Part shown: positions 8,536 through 14,862 of the stretch, piece after piece
How positions within the stretch are numbered: position 1 is the stretch's first letter
Layout of the letters: every line of letters starts with the position of its first letter
Source of the DNA: Octopus sinensis
Taxonomy: Eukaryota
Assembly (NCBI RefSeq): GCF_006345805.1
Contig: NW_021826087.1
Span: 1-14,862 of the forward strand
Direction of reading: 5' to 3'
DNA: 14,862 nt
The notes under the pieces: generated by a model
Seen by the model: only the letters and a program-made list of their open reading frames with translations
Databases searched by the model: none
Told to the model about the DNA's origin: nothing
Made by a program: the position numbers and the translations under genes

Positions 8536-9799
8536 TAAGGTGCGATGGGTAAATTGTCGCCATTTTATATTTTTAATTTCGTGCATGCGGCTTGTTTGTT
8601 TTTGATTTTGTTGACTGCACAGTATAGTAGGGTCAGTTGGACACCATCTGTGAGAAAAAACAGCACCATGAGGCAATTCACTCTGGCGGATGTTTGGAAA
8701 TGACATGCTGTACTACTTGACATTAGCGCCGGGAGCTCCAATACGAATATTTCAGAGTGTTTGGGTGTCAATCTGGGGACAGTGCAGAGGATTCGGAAAG
8801 AGTTGGATGAGTCTAATGGTGATTACGGAGGTAGATCACGAAGGCACGGCAGCTCAGAAAATTCACTCTGACCTTTCTGGTAAGAAAAGAACTGAATTTG
8901 TTTATGATATCCAGGCCATGATTGATAACGATCCCTCCAAGTCAATCAGGTCCATCGCCAGTAACATGGAAGTGTCTGTGTTTCTTATCAGACAGTTAGT
9001 GTATGAAGACATTCAGTATTCTTCATACATGGTGAAAAAGACCAACTTTTGTCCTAAGCCATCAAAGACAAGTGGACTGCGCTACGAAGCTTTTGGACAA
9101 GCTCAAGCAGCCTCTCTGACCGAACATGCTTTGGTTTTTCTCAGACGAGAATATTTTCTGCCAGGATAAGATGGCGAACACACAGAACAGCCGTTGGCTT
9201 GTCGTGTCCCCAAGAATGTACCGAGAGTGATAAAAATCAAACATCCAGTCAACATCATGGTGTTTGGAGTGATCACTAGTGATGGTGACGTTATGTCTCC
9301 ATTCATCTTCCCACTCGGCCTCACACTCAACAAGGAGGCCTACATCAAGTGCCTGGAGGAGGTAGTGCTGCCCTGGGCGAAGAGGGTGGCTACTGGAAGA
9401 CCCTATTTCTGGCAAGATGACTCTGCGCTTTCCACACAAGCAGATCATTTCTACGACCACATCACTCCTAACATCTGACCACCTAACTCCCCACACTGTA
9501 ACCCACTTGATTATTATGTATTGGGTGCAGTTGAGTAAGAGATCAATAAAACTTCTTGTAACACCAAAGATGAACTGAAGGCAAGGATTATGGCAGCATT
9601 CACCAACTTAAATAAGGAAACCGTCCAGAAGAGCTGCAGGAGATTCCGAAGTTGTCTGGAGGCCGTGGTTGAAGCCAATTTACTCTTTAGTATTTCAAGA
9701 TATTTTTATGTAATTTTGGTAAATATATCTGTAAAATGAGATGTCAGTGTTATTTTCCTTTTTGCGTAATTTAGACGACAATTTATTCACCACACCCTG
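8536..9799 (+). mobile_element. Tc1/mariner-superfamily DNA transposon, maT (DD37D)-like, near full length and inactive
   Basis: 26-bp TIRs at 8536-8561 and 9774-9799 match at 19/26, with all differences being transitions. The right end reads CAGGGTG on the - strand. TA on both flanks; length 1264 bp. Confidence 0.92.
8668..9690 (+). pseudogene. Disrupted DDD transposase
   Basis: HTH-like NISECLGVNLGTVQRIRK and DPSKSIRSIASNMEVS; catalytic motifs WFFSDE (D at 9144), WQDDSA (D at 9419) and PPNSPHCNPLDYY (D at 9509); C-terminal RFRSCLEAVVEAN. Several stops and frameshifts. Confidence 0.92.
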
Positions 9800-9873
9800 T
9801 ATATATAGTCTACTGTTTCGTGATAGTAAGTTCAACAAAAAAAGTACTCCATTTGGTGATAGAAAATATTATT

Positions 9874-10134
9874 TAATAAACACAATATATATATTTTATG
9901 AGCTACTATTAGTTTCATGCGACGAAAAGAGCTCAGACAGTATTTTTTGACACATCTGATGTCTTCACACAATCGTCAGGATGAGCCCATCGGTCTGTTT
10001 TTAGCATGTTATAGCCATGTGTGCACATTCCCAGGATTGCACGAATACTCTAAACATTTAGAAAAATACTGCCTGAGCTGTTGTCAAAACATGAAACTAT
10101 TAGTTGTTCATAAAAGTATTTATTGTGTTTATTA
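9874..10134. repeat. Long degenerate fold-back palindrome (~261 bp)
   Basis: taataaacacaata..ttttatgagctactattagtttcatg..agctcagacagtattttt pairs with aaaaatactgcctgagct..catgaaactattagttgttcataaaa..tattgtgtttatta. The register continues inward at lower identity to a centre near 10004. Confidence 0.85.
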
Positions 10135-10339
10135 GTCCCGAACTCTCGCCCCTCCATCTTCACCTCTATATACGTATTTATTTATTTACATTACCTCAAC
10201 ATCCAAGTTTCCTCATTCTACATTGAGAGAAGAAAGAGATGGACGATTCAATTCGATGCTGCTGCCGCATTATGTCGTACGGGAACGAGAAGATTTGCAT
10301 CCCCCCAACCAAGAATCGGAAGTAACACATGTCCTTGTG

Positions 10340-10437
10340 GAAGCTGTTGTGCGCGGCTGAAGAAGGCCACAGACATACATTATGATTTTTATGAATCTGT
10401 CTAAAAGGCCCGAAACATATGTACCGCTGAATCCTTC
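10340..10437 (+). ncRNA. Type I hammerhead ribozyme motif
   Basis: Stem I gcgg 10353-56 / ccgc 10424-27, plus distal gaag 10340-43 / cttc 10434-37. Core CUGAAGA 10357-63. Stem II ggcc 10365-68 / ggcc 10407-10, extended by acaga/tctgt. GAAA 10412-15. Stem III C-auau-G. Cleavage triplet GUA 10421-23. Confidence 0.72.
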
Positions 10438-10469
10438 GCCTCATGTTTTTATTTTTATTTTATTTTGAT

Positions 10470-10470
<1 letters not shown>

Positions 10471-10543
<73 letters not shown>

Positions 10544-10577
10544 ATATGTATAGATATATATATGTATATATATATAT
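10471..10577. repeat. (TA)n microsatellite
   Basis: Direct inspection. Confidence 0.95.
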
Positions 10578-10754
10578 TAAGATCCACAAAGAGCAAAACT
10601 TATCTGCAGCTCTTAGTGGTTCAAATCGGAGATGCAATCTATGCAGGTGGTCTTTTAGAACATTGGTTTAGAAAAGCCAAATCAGATGCCATGGTGAGGC
10701 TATGGTGTAGGTACAGGAGGTGGTCAAACTCTGCATAAGGAATAGACAACCTCC

Positions 10755-10788
10755 ACACACATACACACCAACACACACACACACACAC

Positions 10789-10834
<46 letters not shown>

Positions 10835-10835
10835 T
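10755..10835. repeat. (CA)n/(TA)n microsatellite
   Basis: Direct inspection. Confidence 0.95.
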
Positions 10836-10839
10836 ATGC

Positions 10840-11065
10840 ATGTGTCTTTGTTTCTTTGTTTGTCCCACCACCACCGGTTGACAACTGGTGTTGGTGTGTT
10901 TACGTTTTCGTACCCTAGTGGTTCGGCCTAAAAGATCAATAGAATAAGTACTAGTTGTTTTTTAAAAAAAGTACTGGGCTTGATTCATTCGACCAAAAGT
11001 TTTTTCAAGGTGGTGATGCAGTGTGTCTATAGTCTATTGATTGAACCAAGTACAAGATTAAAGAT
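10840..11065 (+). mobile_element. 3' half of composite SINE (family A)
   Basis: ttgacaactggtgttggtgtgtttacg...ggttcggc...atagaataagtacta...aagtactggg..ttgattcattcgac...ttcaaggtggtg...tgaaccaagta is collinear with 11685-12115 and with the reverse complement of 6100-6270. Confidence 0.8.
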
Positions 11066-11334
11066 TTGCGTCAACAAGACAGAGGCAACGATATTGCTCA
11101 TCTAAGATTGTAGGTTTCACGAGTTTGCAACGTCGAAATCTACAGTTCCACTATCCGTGTCTCGCAGGATTCATATGTGATGAATGAGACTGACAACATA
11201 TTTCTAACTTTTCATATCGTAGCTTATCTTTACAGTTAATATTTTATAAGAGTGTTGTACAGAAGACATATTGCATAGTGTATAACCTCCTCACAGACAC
11301 ACATAAGTGAACACGCAGATATATTGTACATATT

Positions 11335-11475
11335 TGTGTGTGTGTATGACGCATATGCATGCGTAAGAATGTACATATATATATATATATATATATCTGT
11401 GTGTGTGTGTATGTGTGTATGTATGTATGTATGTATATATGTGTGTGTGTGTATGTGTGTGTGTGTGAGTGTGTG
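11335..11475. repeat. Compound (TA)n/(TG)n/(TATG)n microsatellite
   Basis: Direct inspection. Confidence 0.95.
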
Positions 11476-11482
11476 GCTTACA

Positions 11483-12118
11483 AGCACAGGCGTGGCTGTG
11501 TGGTGAAGGGTTTTTTTCCCAACCACATGGTTCCGAGTCAAGTTCCACTTCGTTGCATTTTTGGTAAAGCCTTGTGAGTGGATTTAGTTGACGGAAACTG
11601 AAAAAAGCCCGTCGTATACAGACATGCACACGTATATGCATGTGTGTGTGTGTGTATCTTTATGCTTGTCACCCAAATGCCACTTGACAACCGGTGCTTG
11701 TTTGCTTACATCTCTATAACCTGGCTATTCGGCAAAAAGAGCCTGATAGAATAAGTGACCGGCTTAAAAAAAAGTACCGAGATCGATTTGTCGACTAAAC
11801 TAGTGGTTCTGAGCCGTTGTCCATTTAGCTCTTGGGGTTCCATATAAAGTTTTGTTGGTCAAACTTTTTTGCAATGAATTGGCTATGCTTCTACAAAACA
11901 CGAAATACTTAAGTTTTTTTTATACAATTCTTAATAATATTTAATAATAAAAAAATAATTGGATTTATTTTTAACGGTCAAATGGTTAGGAAGGTCCATC
12001 CTAGTAAAAGATGAATCAAAGGAGTCCATAGATTTAAAAAAATGGTGAGGAACTTTGGACTAAACCCTTCAAAGCAATATTCAGTATGGTTGCAGTCCAA
12101 TGACTGAAACAAGTAGAT
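11483..12118 (+). mobile_element. Composite SINE (family A) interrupted by a MITE
   Basis: Head gcacaggcgtggctgtgtggt, body aaagccttgtgagtggatttagttgacggaaactgaaaaaagcccgtcgta. After the MITE it resumes with ccttcaaagc...gcagtccaatgactgaaacaagta. Confidence 0.87.
11801..12057 (+). mobile_element. hAT-type MITE, copy 2
   Basis: Perfect 8-bp TSD gacTAaac at 11793-11800 and 12058-12065. Degenerate TIRs tagtggttctgagcc and ggtgaggaactttg. Interior collinear with copy 1 once its SINE is removed. Confidence 0.87.
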
Positions 12119-12224
12119 ATACGTGTGTGTTTGTGTGTATGCGTTGAAATGTTTTTCTGTACATAAATATAGGATCTTCAAAGCGAATGACGTTAGGAGA
12201 AAGTCTCTAATAGAAACTAAGTTC

Positions 12225-12330
12225 ACATGAGCAACATTGGAACTGAGAATCTTCAAAATTTTTAGGTCATACACTGGAACACAACTAACTGTCTTGACCT
12301 GCCCACACCAGTAAAAGTGAGGCTTACAAA
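12225..12330 (+). pseudogene. Possible LINE RT C-terminal fragment
   Basis: Reads ESSKFLGHTLEHN*LS*PAHTSK, compared with ExxKFLGxxxDxKLxWxxHI. Short and degenerate. Confidence 0.3.
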
Positions 12331-12391
12331 ACAATGGTAACAAGTGAAAAAAAAAAGGTTGCAAACTTTCTACAAAAGGATTACTGTAGAC

Positions 12392-12739
12392 CAGAAATTT
12401 TCAACCATTTTTTACCGTGAACTTCTTTCATTACTATTTTATTCTGGTGGAAACCCATAGCTATTCGATGTTTAAAAACTAGTTTTATAGAAGCTTCTTC
12501 CAAAATTGCTATTTTGCTTTTTCACACAATAACTTGTATAGGTTGAACTGTAAAATGTTAGAGAAGGAAGCCTCGCTGTTTCTTGCAGTACATACCAATA
12601 CATAAAACTAAATCAAAATATTTTTCAGGGGGTCTTTAAAATACTAATTTAGATTCCCTATTTACTATTTTGTTATGTGGTTCCACAACATCTTATATGG
12701 ACACTCAGGGGCCATATGAAACCCGGTTGAGAACCACTG
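12392..12739 (-). mobile_element. hAT-type MITE, copy 3 (longer variant, opposite orientation)
   Basis: The reverse complement of 12690-12739 (cagtggttctcaaccgggtttcatatggcccctgagtgtccatataagat) matches 6767-6815. The other TIR is cagaaattttcaacc. TSD is degenerate: ctgtagac versus ctgttgta (5/8). Confidence 0.82.
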
Positions 12740-12758
12740 CTGTTGTACATTTATATTT

Positions 12759-13030
12759 GTTTGCTCCTTCTCGAGCCATGCCGGGCTCATAAGGGCCGGT
12801 TTCCCAGTTTCATTGGCGTATAGGTTCCCCACCTGGACGGGACGCCGAGCTGCTGGAGGAAAGAGTGAGAGAAAGTTGTGGCGAGAGGGTCAGCAGAAGT
12901 TCGCCATTACCTTCTGTAGGAGCCGTGTGGAGCTAAGGTGTTTCGCTCATAAACACACACATCGCCCGTCTGAGATTCGAACCCGCGATCCCGAGTCCGC
13001 TGCTCTAACCACTAGGTGATGTGCCTTCAC
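12759..13030 (-). mobile_element. tRNA-derived SINE (family C)
   Basis: On the - strand: gtgaaggcacatcacctagtggttagagcagcggactcgggatcgcgggttcgaatctcagac, with A box and B box ggttcgaatc. Possible TSD atttatattt at 12749-12758 and 13033-13042 (low complexity). Confidence 0.88.
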
Positions 13031-13214
13031 ATATTTATATTTACATACAAACAAATATATGAATTTGTCTATATGGTGAGGCATCTTTTCTTTTAAGCAT
13101 GCATGGAATACACGGTTATGTCCTAACTTTATCTTGCTTACATTGTTTTCTCATATTTATTCATGAATATTTTCTAGTGTGTTTAGAATAGTAAAACTCC
13201 AAGATCCGTCTTGT

Positions 13215-13450
13215 TATTCCTGCATCTTTACAGACTCATTTTCAGGTTGATTTGATTTTGGCGTGTATTGCTTCCGCTTTTTTGTAGGCAGAACCAATGC
13301 GATTCTGTAGATATTGCTTCCAGGATTTGAATCTTGATTGTTAGATTTATTCCTCGTCATTTAGATACTAATTATTGTTTGTGACCATCGGTTATTTTCA
13401 GTGTGTTGATTTTGGCCTTGTACTGTACAATTAATATTGCTTCCCTCGTT
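13215..13450 (-). mobile_element. Possible Penelope-like element remnant (GIY-YIG C-terminus, duplicated)
   Basis: The - strand reads TREAILIVQYKAKINTL and KIQILEAISTESHWFCLQK/AEAIHAKIKST, compared with the xEAxxIxxxxPxLN end of Penelope ORFs. Internal direct repeats are present. Confidence 0.3.
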
Positions 13451-13551
13451 AATCATCTATCTATGTGGAATTCTGTAAAGAAAAAAAAATGTGTTGCCCA
13501 CCAACATTTTCTGTCTATCTTTGTCGTGAAGTGTAATGTACACACACGCAC

Positions 13552-14755
13552 CGAGGGTGGGGGCCGTCCAAAGTAATGTAAAAGTGGAAGCAACATTTCT
13601 TTATTTTCTGCCACAAGTTCAAATTGCAAAGATTGGTTGAATAACTCATTCTCTGCACTGCTTTTTCTCTTTGTTATTTTTCAACACAGTACATAATGAC
13701 AGTGCAAGCAGAAACAATGTACGGTCATTAAGGTCTCGACCCATGAGGTCTACAGGCTGTCTGACATCCATAGAAGGCTACAGAACAATGTGCATTGATT
13801 GATGAAGTTTGAAGAAGAAGAAAGTAGCGCTGAAGACAAACCACGCCGTAGGAGACCATGAAATGTCAGAGGATAGAGGAATCATAATCTGTTAACTTGT
13901 TGTACAACTGGACTGTGCTCAAAGTGCATTACAAAAGATTTAGAATACTTTGGGTGACGATTAGTGTGTACCTAGGAGGTGCCCGATAGTTGATAGTAGA
14001 TCTGAAGGAAAGAAAGGCGGAAATCTACTCTGATTTGCTGGAAGGGTTTGAAGTTAATGAAGTCGATTTTTTCACAAACTGGTGACAGGGGATGAAACGT
14101 GAACGGATTATTATTATACAGATATTAAGATCCAGTTCACTAAATGGCTCCCCCACCTCTTATTCAAGGCCTAAGGACTTCAAGAAACAATGATTAGGAC
14201 ATAAGGTCATGGCAATTGTTTTACTTTTTATTTTCTTTGAAACTATACAGGCGTCATTATCCTTGATTTTTCTGCGACTTGGCTGTTCTATGACGACGAT
14301 CAGTAGTACACTAAGGCACTCAAAAAGCACAGAGAAGCAATTAAGTGGAAAAAGACTAAACAAAAATCTGAAAACGATCTACATTCACGATGAAAATGTG
14401 CGATCACATACACGCGTGCACACATCAGGCAATCAATAAGCACCGGTGAATTGGACTGGTCAATGGTCTCCATCCACTGTACTGTCCGGATTTGGAGTTA
14501 AAATCACTTCCACTTGTCTGGTCTAATGAATGACAGCCTTCGGAAACAAAGATTTGACGATACAGACCGCGTGATAATGGGTGCGAAGAAGTGGCTACAA
14601 TAGTGCACGCCTAAATATTTTGAAAAAGGATGGGTGAGATGGGTTGATCGATGGCCCAGATGCGTCACCTCTGAAGGAGACTATATTGAAAAGCATCATT
14701 TGAACGATCTACAGCAATTAATAAAAAGCTATGGCAGTTTTGGAATTACTTCCAG
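13552..14755 (+). mobile_element. Mariner (DD34D-like) DNA transposon relic
   Basis: Left end cgagggtggggccgtccaaagtaatg; only an attactt remnant of the right TIR survives. About 1.2 kb, containing a decayed transposase. Ends approximate. Confidence 0.8.
13696..14696 (+). pseudogene. Heavily disrupted mariner transposase
   Basis: QKQCTVIK..DIHRRL, EDKPRRRRP, LVTGDET* (D at 14091), KVMAIV, HDENVRSHT (cf. HDNARPH), HPLYCPDL (cf. HPPYSPDL) and RWPRCVTSEGDYIEK. Confidence 0.9.
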
Positions 14756-14756
14756 T

Positions 14757-14785
14757 ACACTCACACACACACATGCACGCACGCA

Positions 14786-14820
<35 letters not shown>

Positions 14821-14830
14821 ACTCACACAT
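14757..14830. repeat. (CA)n microsatellite
   Basis: Direct inspection. Confidence 0.95.
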
Positions 14831-14862
14831 GTAAGTATGTAATGGTGTGTATCTATGTATCT

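Noticed and set aside
10278-10340. Second upstream hammerhead (gtaa-c-acat-g-tc resembles GAAA-C-loop-G-UC)
   Set aside because: There is no CUGANGA core at the required position and GAAA is mutated; not supportable.
10196-10444. Minus-strand ORF containing LVGGMQIF, reminiscent of a polyubiquitin junction (LRGG-MQIF)
   Set aside because: The similarity is limited to six residues and neither flank resembles ubiquitin. The region is better explained by the + strand hammerhead.
10647-10693. Possible 47-nt exon (cag|GTGG...ATG|gtgagg) encoding GLLEHWFRK
   Set aside because: No polypyrimidine tract precedes the AG, the segment is very short, and no partner exons are recognisable in the window.
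8170-11065. 8170-8465 and 10840-11065 as two halves of one SINE split by later insertions
   Set aside because: Both contain the same tgttgg(g/t)gtgt..c..gta(a/c)c segment, so they overlap in the consensus and are more simply separate copies.
13215-13246. Minus-strand hammerhead remnant (ctgaaaatgag-tct-gtaa-aga-tgcag)
   Set aside because: A small stem-loop is present, but both core boxes deviate from CUGANGA and GAAA, and stems I and III are not evident.
1-14862. CRISPR array, prokaryotic operon or defence system
   Set aside because: There is no regularly spaced repeat-spacer structure and no gene-dense coding. The content is eukaryotic transposons and microsatellites.

Overview
AT-rich eukaryotic non-coding DNA (intron or intergenic) made almost entirely of repeats. 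The SINE types, long (TA)n/(CA)n/(TATG)n tracts and transposon mix look like an octopus/cephalopod genome, which is an inference from recognition and not a database result. I find no supportable host protein-coding gene; most listed ORFs are microsatellite or transposon artefacts. The window holds three families of tRNA-type SINEs that share and swap modules, three hAT-type MITEs with 8-bp TSDs, and two dead Tc1/mariner elements (one maT/DD37D-like, one mariner/DD34D-like). It also holds fossil LINE fragments (L1/Tx1-like ORF1 and RT, CR1-like RT, possible Penelope ends) and two long fold-back palindromes. The most notable item is a type I hammerhead ribozyme motif at 10340-10437 (+). It has every core nucleotide intact, a palindromic mini stem III and an unusually long stem II, and it closes a ~300-nt unique segment that looks like a retrozyme or Penelope-terminal-repeat unit.
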